A program made the position numbers and the translations under genes. A stretch of DNA of 64,000 nt from Lingula anatina. Its lineage: Eukaryota; Animalia; Brachiopoda. Under the pieces are notes generated by a model. That model made no database searches. It saw only the letters and a list, made by a program, of their open reading frames with translations, and had not been told where the DNA came from. The stretch spans positions 20,146,587 through 20,210,586 of the forward strand of contig CM120648.1 in assembly GCA_051362555.1 (NCBI GenBank), given 5' to 3'. Shown one piece after another: positions 55,001-63,635 of this stretch (within the stretch, counting starts at the first letter, position 1; every line of letters starts with the position of its first letter).

Positions 55001-58000
55001 GCACTCCCTAATAACAGTGATCCTTTCATCTTGGACACGGACGCTTCTGAAAATGCTATTGGTGCAGAATTACTCCAAGTTCAGAACGGGGAAGAAAAAG
55101 TAATTGCCTATGGTAGCTACGTTCTAACTCCTGAACAGCGGAATTACTGTACTACTCGTAAAGAACTTTTGAGTATCGTGAGATTCACGCGTCAGTTTAA
55201 GTATTACCTTTTAGGCCGAGATTTTACGGTACGAACAGACCACTCAAGCTTAACTTGGTTACTTCGGTTTAAGGAGCCACAGGGTCAGCTTGCTCGTTGG
55301 ATAGAAGAGCTTTCACAGTACCATATGATTGTGCAACATCGGCCAGGAGTGAAACATCAAAATGCAGATGCACTGTCACGGAGGCCAGACAACTTAACAC
55401 CATGCTCTGCATATGTGGCAGGAATTAAACCAGAGGACTTGCCTTGCGGGGGATGCCATTATTGTACTAGAGCCCACACATCCTGGGGAAGTTTCTTTAC
55501 AGACGTAGATGAAGCAGTGGGGCTAACCAGGACTAAAGATAACAATACTACCCGCGTAAAGCAGCTCAATTCTGTCGCACATTTATCTCACACTCAAACA
55601 GGTCTGGATACCCTAGATACATCCCTCAATAAAATGGAAAATTTCCAACTCTGCTTCAGTATTCTTGATACTCTAGTAGCCTTTTCCGTCGGAGAAAACT
55701 CTACTGATCCCCAACTATCTCGGATAGAGATAGTGAGGAACGGAAATGAAATTGGGATCAATACTTGTGGAACACCATTAAGTTACCCAAAAGTAGATTC
55801 TAGAATTCCTTGCTGTTGGGGTTTTTCTATTCAGTATCTTAAAACTGAGCAAGAAAATGATGTAGAGCTAAATTTTCTCAGGGAATGGTTGCTATCTGGG
55901 GAAATCCCAGATGAGGGACTTCTTTTCCGATCTAGTCCTATTACAAAAAATTACTGGATGAACAAAGAATTATTTCGCTTGGTTCAAGGTGTAATTTTCT
56001 TTAAAGACCCAAAAGACCAGGAATTAAAGCTGGTCATTCCAGAAAGTTTAAAGGGGAAAATTTTGGAATTGCATCATGATATCCCATCTTCAGGTCATCA
56101 GGGGGTAGCTAGAACCAAGTTAAAAATAAAAGAAAAATTCTTTTGGTATCATCTAAGTAAAGATGTCACTAGCTTTGTATTAAGTTGTGATGTCTGTAAC
56201 CGTAATAAACGGAAGGGCTGTTATGGAAGAGTTCCTATGACTGAGTATCAATCCAGCTCACCAATGGAACGCGTTCACATAGACTTTATGGGACCGTTAC
56301 CTAGAACAACCCAAGGAAACGAGCATTGTTTAGTGATGGTGGACCAGTTTACCAAATGGGTCGAGTGTGTGCCTTTGCCTTCTCAGAAAGCAGAAGTAAC
56401 AGCTAAAGCTGCTATTGATAGTTTCTTTTCCAGATTTGGATATCCTTTGCAGATCTTTTCTGACCAAGGTAGAAACTTCGAGAGTACGCTTTTTACTGCA
56501 TTGTGTCGCGCATTGCACATTCACAAAGCCCGTACTACACCGTATAGACCCTCAGCTAACGGCCAAGTTGAACGATATAACCGAACCATCATGGAGGCTG
56601 TCAGGTGCTTCGTTGGTAAACAACAACATGAATGGGATAGGTATATCCAACAAATCGCTGGAGCGTTAAGGTCATCGGTAAATAGGGATACTGGTTTTAC
56701 TCCTAACATGCTTATGCTGGGTAGGGAGGTTAACACCCCTGCTCAATTAATGTTTCCCATTATAACATCTACGGCCCAAGATTATGGTGAATATGTTTCT
56801 AAATTCATTCTTAAAACCCAGCAGGCTCACCAAATTGCTAGGGATAGGTTAAAAACAACAACCAAAAGAATGAAACGGGATTACGACCTCAAAATCTTAT
56901 TAAGGCCTTACGTTGAAAAAGATCTTGTGTACATCATGGACACAGCGGTAAGTAAGGGTAAATCTCGTAAACTAAGTTCACCATGGAAAGGCCCTGGGGT
57001 TATTCAGGACAAACTGTCAGCCTATCTGTACAGGGTTAAGCTGAAGAATGCTGTTTTTGTTGTCAATCATGACAGATTAATGCCGTGCAGAGATAGGAAA
57101 CTTCCTGCATGGATTTCAGCATATTTGGCCTCTCCTTCAGTAAGTACTCAGGAGGATATAAATGACACACATAATTATTGTGTGTGTAAACAACCATATG
57201 GAGGTAGGTTTATGATCCAGTGTGACTATTGTGATGAGTGGTATCATGGATCGTGCGTCAATATTACACCTTCTGATGCTCTTGATATCACTAAATATAA
57301 ATGTTCATCATGTATAGCTTCTGGTCAAAACTAAAATCCATTTTTTATATCCTTTCAGATATGGCAGCTGGCAGGAACATAGTGGATGAGTTGGAGTTCT
57401 TACTCCCCATGAAGCAGGTCCCTTTCATTGAGGGGAGGGAGATGGTAACCGAGTTGGTTGCACTCTACCCATTACCTGATCAGCAACAACAAATAAGAGA
57501 CTGGGTGGCGAAGGCAGCTAAAGTCCAAAAGGCCAAGCTGAAAGGGAAGGACCATGGGTATGCTCTGCACTGGCTAAAGGATGTGGCTTGGGAAATGAAG
57601 GCCCAGAATCTAGCTTCCGTATCGTGGCTTAAATCGGCTGTGATTAGACCACCACCTGGACCTGTGTCCAAACCCAAAGCGGGTCCCGGCAAGGGCTCTA
57701 GCTCCGCTAGTGTACTTGCTGGTCCGTCGAGGGATATTAGGGTGGGGGTTGATCCCACAGTTCAGATTCATTCCTACGAGGTCAAGGGTAGTGATGGCAA
57801 TAGTGAGAGTGTAACAACATCTGCACCTGTTATTGTCAAATCGGAGCCAATGGAGGTGGAGACAGTAGCTGAGACCCCAGAAGCCGGTGAACCTGTGATC
57901 ATTGATCTCACGGATCCGGTGTATGAGGAATCATGTGAATGTCAGAAACCCCTTGTCTCTGATATCACCCCTTGTCCAGGAACTAGTTCTGTGGAGATAG

Positions 58001-61000
58001 TGACCCCTGTCGTGTCTGATAGTTATGAGTGTATTCCATCTACTTCTCAGGTTGCTAGTATGAAACCTCCGACTGGGTTAGGTGATATTCCATCTACATC
58101 TACGCCCAACCCGTTTGCTGTTGCCGATCCAGAGCCGAGAGTTATCAAACCCAAGGCAAGGAAGGGGAAGCGCAGTAATAAAGGTAAAAGACGGCAGCAG
58201 GCTGACGCTTTGGGTAAGGGCCCTGAGATCTCTGATGGGTCAGTCGGGGTTGGCCACTTATCAATTGTGTCTAACTTCACAACCGGGGAGTCTCGCAAGA
58301 GAACTGGGCAAACATCCTTGCCTTCTGTTCCCGTTTCTGGACCTAAAAAATCTAAAATCGGGTATCAGGGGGTGAGATGTTTGATCCCCGGGTGTGGAGA
58401 AATATTCACCAACAAGAAGGCGCATGATATGCAGGTCCATCTCCCGTTGATTTTTGATGAGTCGCTTGGTTCCGAGCCTGGAGTTTTGGATTTGAGGGTT
58501 AAGGCGCTGGAAATGGTGAACATCTGGCGGTTTGGACAACCACATTCGTTAATAACGCTTTGTGAGTATGTGGCTTCGCTAGAGGGAGATTTATTCTCTC
58601 TCCGTGACACGGAGTTCACCCAGCCGCAGTTGGAATCTATGAAGGCGTTCTGTAAATTCGTAGGGGCAACTTGTCCTGAAAAATTTACCTTAAATCCCAT
58701 TAATTCTGTCGGTTGTCTGGTACACTGGAAGATTCTTATGCTGATCTCGAGTTCCCTCAAGGATTCGCAGAGAAAGCTCTGGATTGAAAAGTTTACCGTG
58801 CCGGGGGTATCTAGGAAGATGGTTAAGGAGGTAGGTGGACGTGTTCTGGCCTTTGATAGTCATTATCATTTGGACAGGACTCTGAAAGCTGCCAAATTGC
58901 CATTAACTGGTACTTTGGAGTCTCTGAAGCCTGTTGTAACTGTGGCAAGGGGTAAGGAGGTGGAGTTCGGTGGTACGGTAGCCGTGTATTGTGACCCTGA
59001 GACATATCCCTCTAAGGGTGTGTTATCTAAGATCTCCAGGGGCACATACATTGCTATCGGGATGCACCCTAAAAAGGCCAAATTGCCTCTGAAACAGCGA
59101 ATGCATGGTCTGAAGTTGCTCCGGGAATTAGTCAGGTTGCCAACTGTCGTTGCCCTGGGGGAGATCGGTTTAGACTTTACCGAACCTTCCGAAAGATGGC
59201 AGGATCAAGTGGAATTGCTTTACGACATTCTTCCGCTCCTGGAGAGAAGGCACGTTTTGGTCTTACATTGCCGAGGGATGGTGAATGGTGATTGTGTGTA
59301 TGTGTTGAAATCGATGTTACATCATCTACGTCTTCATCATATACCGCAGAACCACCCCATCCATTTACATTGTTTTTCCGGCACTAAAATGTTGATGGAG
59401 ACATGGCTAAAACAGCAGCCAAACACCTTTTTCGGTTTCACTAGGCTGGTTTCAACATTTTCCCCAGCACAAAAGGAGGCACTGAAGGCTGTTGATGACT
59501 CTCGCCTTCTGCTTGAGTCTGATGCACCATATTTCAGTCGCCCCGGTGAGTCGATATCAACGCCTTATTCTCTTTATGAGACGGCTGAACTAGTAGCTGC
59601 CGCTCGGGGAGTTTCTGTCGAGCATGTCTTGAGGGTGACTCATAAAAATGGGCTCTCTCTGTACGGGCATGCCAATCAGAGCTCTTCATAGATTCTGTCC
59701 TATGAAGTATTAGATTTTACATCAATACAACATAGCATTAGGTGACTTCCTTTTGTGGGGTTGCTTGAACAGGGCTGGAGGTGAATTGCTAGTTACTCGT
59801 TGCCTGGAATCTATGCTAGCTGATTTCGTGGTTTCATCTATATACTCCAACATTAAGGGTACAGTGAATACCTACAGTTACTCCTCTATAAGTTAACGTC
59901 TTTTTGTTTAGTACTTTTTCCTTTATCCAGCTATCAGCAAATTTACTAAACACCAAATTGGTGTAACTAAGTCATTCTATTTATTAATTCAGTCTGTCCA
60001 CCAGGTTGGTGTGTGTGCATTAATTTTGTTTGTCTGCACTGGGAAAGTGTTCTTGTTTATTTAAAATTTTTGGCCTTTTTCACACCGGGAAGGTGTAATT
60101 ATTATCATAAAGATTCAGTGTCTGGTCTATACATCAAAATGATGTTAAATTTCAAATATTATAGCATAATACAAATGTCAATACATAAACTACATAAATT
60201 TTGTAGTTTTTTAAATTTTACAGACACCAGGATGGTGTACTGTAGTAATTATAGTTGGTTTCACACCAAAACAGGTGTCTCATGTTATTATGGTTATCCA
60301 GCACTGATAATTGACCTCATTTTTTATATTTTTACAGTGACCCATAAATAAACGGGTTAATAGTTTGTTTAAGCTGATGGACTGGAGATTTCTATATTCA
60401 GGTATTTTTCCTTTATGTACTTTGGACTGGGAAATCCTTATAGATCTTTCTTTCAGTTATTTTTAATGGTGAAATTTTGCAATTTTGAAATGAACTGAAG
60501 TAGTTCAATATGGCAATATATCTGTATTTTTGGAGAAAATTCAGTGGTTCATTGGTTTGATTCTTTTTGTTTGTACTAAAAATCTGAGAAAATGTCATGT
60601 TTCGACTATCTCAGTATTTCTGGTTTTTTCTTTTTGCTCAGTTTAATGAGGAGTGGTATTCAAAGAGTCAATTTTTTGGGCTCTGTATCTTGATGTTTGG
60701 TGAGAGATTTTACATCATCACCACTTTATTTCGTCTCTATTAAGGAAACCGTAAAGAAGAGATTTTACATCATTCTGGTTCTTTTAGAGAAATTACTTTC
60801 GGTGTTCATGGTAGATATTGTATCACCATGGGACATAACCTCCACAGGGATGATTCTGTTGTAGAGTTTACTACCTGGAGTTCTTACAACACTTGTAGTG
60901 ATACTTGCTAGGAGATCTTACATCACTAGTAAAGTATACTGTTCTAGAAGATCTTACATCGCTAGTATGGTTAACTCTTGAATATGGCCTTGTGGAGAAC

Positions 61001-62161
61001 CAGGGGTCTACTCTAAATTCTATCAATCTGGAAATGCAGAGTTACTGGGCACTCTGTATATAGTCTGTACATTGTCTGTACATATCTCCTCTGTCTGTTA
61101 TCTAGTCTGAGCTGGACTCATTCTTTTTATACTGGCATGGGATTTGTATATATGTAAATATCCTTTAAGGGATTAACTCTGCAGGACCTTGTATTTTTCT
61201 ATTTGGCATGTCACTACAGGGGGTAGGGGGGATAGATTTCATTTTCATTTTTCTTTTCTCTATTTCAACTTTAGTAGACCTCTGGGAGATTTCTTTGTAT
61301 ATACTCTGTCCTTTTTCAATAAAACTGGGGGGAGTGTAGTGTTTTTGTCACTGCCAAGAGCATCCTGGGATGTCTGCTGCGCATTTGGGGACTGCGCAGG
61401 GGCGCTCACATATAAACTAACACCAGCCCATGTGACGCCCCAGATCCCGGTAGATCTTCACCAGTGAAGAAGTACAAAGCTCCTCCAAGTTGACGTACTC
61501 TCACAGCATAGTGCCACACATTAACAGAAGGACCAGGCAATACTCTCAGTAAGTACCAGAAGTGTTTGTTTCTGCTATTGAATTAGAGTAAAACACTTTA
61601 CAATGTTTGTTCGAAAGGAATGGAGGCAAAGCGATAAAAGCATTAGATTCAAAGATTTCAGTATTGGAACAATACAAAATGCAATGCAAAATCGTTAATA
61701 AAGCATATTTTCTAAGATACGAAGTTCAAAGCTGTTATTTGAAGGTTGACCTTCCCTCACGTGTCTTAATTTATTACCGGTAACTGACCTTTTTTAGGAG
61801 GGTTTTCTCTGCGCGCCGTCAAAACAAGATTTGCTCCCTTCTTGGCGAAATGGTACGCCACCTGTTCTCCAATTCCAGAGGACGCCCCGGTAATGAGCAC
61901 TCTCTTGCCTCTCACCATGGCTTATATCAGCCTATTATCATTTTGATTTCTGTTATAAATCTGGAAATTTAATAAAGCATTGGGATTTTTTTTTTAATTC
62001 ATGTGTAATGGCAAAGTTTCATGTGGCTTTATCTTGGGCAGACGAAGTAGATTGTGTTTATTATTTTGAAGGCAAGGAAAGAATTGGTACGAAATTCATG
62101 CGTAAGCACTCCTTTTTGCGGTTATAAATATGTGTTTTCTGGTTGTGTTTACGTTATTTAG

Positions 62162-62195
<34 letters not shown>

Positions 62196-62476
62196 TGCAC
62201 AAAATATGATCGACTTGCGTTTTTTCAGCATCACCAAACTAAGTTGGTCTAACTAAAGTCATTAATCGTTTACGCACACACAGATTACAAATATCAGGCC
62301 CATTTCAACCGTGTAGAGTACAGTAGACTATATGAACATGTACATCAGACTTAGATAAGGACCTGCAAAGACCGTTCATGCTCACCAGGATTGAAATCAT
62401 CCACGTAGAGGGTGGCGATGTAGACGGCAGTCACAGTGAGGAGGACAGCAAACAGTGTTTTTGTCTTGGAACCCAT
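48986..62476 (-). CDS. Host short-chain dehydrogenase, 11-beta-hydroxysteroid dehydrogenase-like, exons 1-3 (possibly a pseudogene)
   Basis: Exon 62476-62386 [30 protein letters not shown] (signal anchor); 61920-61789 [38 protein letters not shown] (TGxxxGxG); 49087-48986 [25 protein letters not shown]; exon 2/3 phase mismatch. Confidence 0.8.
49210..49475 (+). repeat. 5' LTR of Gypsy 2
   Basis: TGTAGTGTTTT...AAAACACTTTA; TATAAA inside; identical by eye to the 3' LTR. Confidence 0.96.
49477..49487 (+). promoter_or_regulatory. Primer binding site, tRNA-Ser(GCT)-like
   Basis: TGGCGACGAGG complementary to the CCTCGTCGCCA 3' end. Confidence 0.8.
50148..52175 (+). CDS. gag: Gag of Gypsy 2 with N-terminal ComEA-like HhH and CCHC knuckle
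   Basis: [30 protein letters not shown]; [12 protein letters not shown] capsid-like; [14 protein letters not shown]. Confidence 0.94.
   Translation: MATSSQLVDVNSATLEDLVDVPGIGQKRAEKILSVRERGIRLNQNILQQLFGQTISSKIMPYLQFESSHIKSQGGAKPKSKRHTSTSADISKHAKSLDLGRDSFRRSLFFPTEGEPIRTLNDGDEILELQQKISDLKLKQAEIKQKSKEVQKAASISPKTYRRLHTLPHSEKSNRSRESRGVKSVSHKRSSLPVDFLDAHSLGARMHDTTQNRGHTSFQGTSVHGAHFSGKKVSSSFIPIPSGIGNISSHHHSRLSTPQSELSTTSSEESLDSTAQGESFHKKHSFSHLSKGKKTTHTLPDEVDFSHPPFISHGQAQKIAPSLSGNKHPFYLRPEPQGRQRPVYYITGEEDDDAPIFIRPTKSFKIKKDRGDPKDLPKNLHFDGKNNWEAFRHRFESYRDVNEWSDNQCKDYLSWSLEGRALSFFTKFTRDWDKYSYQQIMSKLESVFGTEFLPETARAEFHQSVQLPTETLNDWACRVMSLVTDAYPDLPDSFTVKEAITKFCQGCLDPEAGKHARLSHPISMEDAINKVRYYQHVCQDSSDTKKRGRKSRDDLVINQVEPEQSVDDGEPPSKIEQLLESILETQTQILKPPEQPSVNSLEIKSLEDLEKIIEQVILKHKSIESASQSKRPVQTCYFCQKPNHFKRDCPKYKFWLKKQKAKLAQSNSVDYNLKA
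52163..57334 (+). CDS. pol: Pol of Gypsy 2 (PR, RT, RNase H, IN, PHD finger), -1 frame relative to gag
   Basis: LDTGA; FLDD; DTDAS; HHD..GH..CDVC; SDQGRNF; complete [27 protein letters not shown]. Confidence 0.97.
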   Translation, partial: FKSLGARVIDRIPGTPSLHGQSVTQTMPNSVMHERVNLASGSTASTHSSQSNIQQYSTPIMESQPCNTLGSMPFHNGRGSGGSSSAYNETRRLDPSIRSGNSRDPSNVRRRRVYTNQSAQPIPRVQQISIGSSFIRLRVGQTVVNARLDTGAEATVLSSKVYNSLKNKPAKLENCKMRLAGNNSMLNGFLIEPISMQIGSYQFAEQVYVAPIHDEMLLGHDILQHMGAILDLRDNALVINGERVPVTTEISKGQKPTIARVTLSQKVVVPPNSVMRVSCSISEPLEEYIVESVNEGGELLIPRTLQSKTARPVVCIVNPTSQFKKLPKGKNIASACEIGQILESNEGLDFYPQTGSSASYALAGETGNTTAEETKHPINNSLEPSDPTTSVYALVVAVGGNTEVKASEFNAQNPSRALSIPSQVYALVGTNREKTELDLGSPICPSLRDQNDTSAVDTLADADSSRLVLNHGGTYPEQDILVNRSLSNGVCIQCATLKQGGTVPKTSIFHNNDTLERLPVLKGPRTSRTFSIRGRSVLESENPNCDSLDTQLKNLNHCCLCGVYLGDSTVNSSEFRVNSVTEQQSLHDAKSWENADSILSKIPDHVKSVFETSKQNLTASQQCHLAQILIEFQDVFAKNEYDLGNFDAIEHGIDTGQAQPIKLRMRRTPACFVEEEEAHLNKMLKAGVIQESTSDWAAAPVLIRKRDGSVRWCIDYRALNNVTVKDTYPLPLMEDCLDTLSGKTWFSKLDANSAYWQIKVKKEDRKKTAFITKYGLFEHVRMGFGLTNAPATYSRVVNLLMRGLTWKTVLAFLDDILVMGESFDSHIINLKEALGRFRLYKIKLKPKKCLFFQTEIEFLGRIVSQNSIKMNPRDINTVISWPKPSNTKELEKFLGLVNYHRGFIKNFAELSQPLYKLTGKRPFIWGPDQTRAFEALKRALTTPPVLALPNNSDPFILDTDASENAIGAELLQVQNGEEKVIAYGSYVLTPEQRNYCTTRKELLSIVRFTRQFKYYLLGRDFTVRTDHSSLTWLLRFKEPQGQLARWIEELSQYHMIVQHRPGVKHQNADALSRRPDNLTPCSAYVAGIKPEDLPCGGCHYCTRAHTSWGSFFTDVDEAVGLTRTKDNNTTRVKQLNSVAHLSHTQTGLDTLDTSLNKMENFQLCFSILDTLVAFSVGENSTDPQLSRIEIVRNGNEIGINTCGTPLSYPKVDSRIPCCWGFSIQYLKTEQENDVELNFLREWLLSGEIPDEGLLFRSSPITKNYWMNKELFRLVQGVIFFKDPKDQELKLVIPESLKGKILELHHDIPSSGHQGVARTKLKIKEKFFWYHLSKDVTSFVLSCDVCNRNKRKGCYGRVPMTEYQSSSPMERVHIDFMGPLPRTTQGNEHCLVMVDQFTKWVECVPLPSQKAEVTAKAAIDSFFSRFGYPLQIFSDQGRNFESTLFTALCRALHIHKARTTPYRPSANGQVERYNRTIMEAVRCFVGKQQHEWDRYIQQIAGALRSSVNRDTGFTPNMLMLGREVNTPAQLMFPIITSTAQDYGEYVSKFILKTQQAHQIARDRLKTTTKRMKRDYDLKILLRPYVEKDLVYIMDTAVSKGKSRKLSSPWKGPGVIQDKLSAYLYRVKLKNAVFVVNHDRLMPCRDRKLPAWISAYLASPSVSTQEDINDTHNYCVCKQPYGGRFMIQCDYCDEWYHGSCVNITPSDALDITKYKCSSCIASGQN
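57361..59691 (+). CDS. ORF3 of Gypsy 2: TatD-family nuclease with long N-terminal extension (~776 aa)
   Basis: [36 protein letters not shown]; ATG two bases after TTTTTTATATCCTTTCAG. Confidence 0.94.
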   Translation: MAAGRNIVDELEFLLPMKQVPFIEGREMVTELVALYPLPDQQQQIRDWVAKAAKVQKAKLKGKDHGYALHWLKDVAWEMKAQNLASVSWLKSAVIRPPPGPVSKPKAGPGKGSSSASVLAGPSRDIRVGVDPTVQIHSYEVKGSDGNSESVTTSAPVIVKSEPMEVETVAETPEAGEPVIIDLTDPVYEESCECQKPLVSDITPCPGTSSVEIVTPVVSDSYECIPSTSQVASMKPPTGLGDIPSTSTPNPFAVADPEPRVIKPKARKGKRSNKGKRRQQADALGKGPEISDGSVGVGHLSIVSNFTTGESRKRTGQTSLPSVPVSGPKKSKIGYQGVRCLIPGCGEIFTNKKAHDMQVHLPLIFDESLGSEPGVLDLRVKALEMVNIWRFGQPHSLITLCEYVASLEGDLFSLRDTEFTQPQLESMKAFCKFVGATCPEKFTLNPINSVGCLVHWKILMLISSSLKDSQRKLWIEKFTVPGVSRKMVKEVGGRVLAFDSHYHLDRTLKAAKLPLTGTLESLKPVVTVARGKEVEFGGTVAVYCDPETYPSKGVLSKISRGTYIAIGMHPKKAKLPLKQRMHGLKLLRELVRLPTVVALGEIGLDFTEPSERWQDQVELLYDILPLLERRHVLVLHCRGMVNGDCVYVLKSMLHHLRLHHIPQNHPIHLHCFSGTKMLMETWLKQQPNTFFGFTRLVSTFSPAQKEALKAVDDSRLLLESDAPYFSRPGESISTPYSLYETAELVAAARGVSVEHVLRVTHKNGLSLYGHANQSSS
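61335..61600 (+). repeat. 3' LTR of Gypsy 2
   Basis: Direct repeat of 49210-49475, preceded by the PPT. Confidence 0.96.
62165..62192. repeat. (AG)n microsatellite
   Basis: Direct reading. Confidence 0.9.
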
Positions 62477-63608
62477 GTTGAATTATTTCTCACGTCCAGT
62501 TCTCAAACAAAGAGCATACCAGTACGCGATATTCTGCATCCCTGAGTGACCTTTTAACGGCCAACTCCCCGTTCTACCAGTAGCATTGAGACCTATCGTT
62601 ATTAAACTGTGAACAGAGCATTATTGATCAGGTCAGGTCAGTACGTAAGATAACAGGTACGTGTGAGGTACACTGGCTGACAGGAGTCTAAAGTCGACAA
62701 CACTGCTGGCTTGTACAGGGGGGGGATCTTATAGAGCACATTCAACTAAAACACTTATCATACATATTATTTAGATATTTATATTTTTATTATGAATACT
62801 GCGGATATTAAGAGGACACGAGACATTCACTTACACTTAACATTTAAAAGGTTAAATGAATAAGACTGAAGTAGCCTATACATGTGGCTAGAAACAAACG
62901 GTGGTATGGAAGTGTTAGGTAATCATCATGTACAGGTACGTGTTGTGTACACAAACAGACACTTGTCTTGTGCGTTCTTGTTTATGTTTTCTGGTTCAGA
63001 CAGGACAGCCGGTAATTAAGGGGATATGTATAGACAGTTCAAAATGAAAGAACGATGTTATACACAGTCTCCAAGCGTTTGATTTTGAAGAACTATAAAC
63101 CTTGTTCAAATTCATAATAGAAGTCGCATGGTCGTTTATACCATCAAATATAATGTTTATTTTTTACCGTCCCGAATCCAAAATCCTCTCAGAATCCAAT
63201 CCATCATTGTGATTATATTGATTAACTTTTCTCCGAATATGTTCTGGCTGCGCAAAAAATAGATTTGAACACCTTTTGGGACATGAGTTAACGCAGTATT
63301 TCACAATCAATATTATTTTAATAAAGTAGATGCCGATAATTCCCATTACTCTAGCTCTGTTACTAATGAGAAATTCCATTCTGAATTTGATAAAAATAAT
63401 GGTTAACAGTACCCCTCATAAGATAGGAGTAATTTACATTCAAAAATAAGCTGTGTAATAGATTCTACCGCTTTCATACAAAAGTTACACAATTTACTGC
63501 ATCATATACACGTCTTACTAACACCTGTACATATGATGGCCTTACTCAAAAAATCACCACAACAAATCACCGCTTCTTATTCACTCGTGACTGTTACTTA
63601 CTAATATT

Positions 63609-63635
63609 ACACACACACACACACACACATACACA
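63609..63635. repeat. (AC)n microsatellite
   Basis: Direct reading. Confidence 0.9.

Larger units (their letters stand above)
49210..61600 (+). mobile_element. Gypsy LTR retrotransposon 2 (gag-pol-TatD), intact, 12391 bp
   Basis: 266-bp LTRs at 49210-49475 and 61335-61600; TSD CAAT (49206-49209, 61601-61604); PBS TGGCGACGAGG; PPT AAAACTGGGGGGAG; three uninterrupted ORFs. Confidence 0.98.

Noticed and set aside
57361-59691. ORF3 as an env gene, or as a host/bacterial tatD contaminant
   Set aside because: No signal peptide or TM anchor; clear TatD motifs; lies within paired LTRs in two separate elements
60013-60598. Short ORFs in the Gypsy 2 3' region as a fourth gene
   Set aside because: AT-rich, no motifs, no counterpart in Gypsy 1
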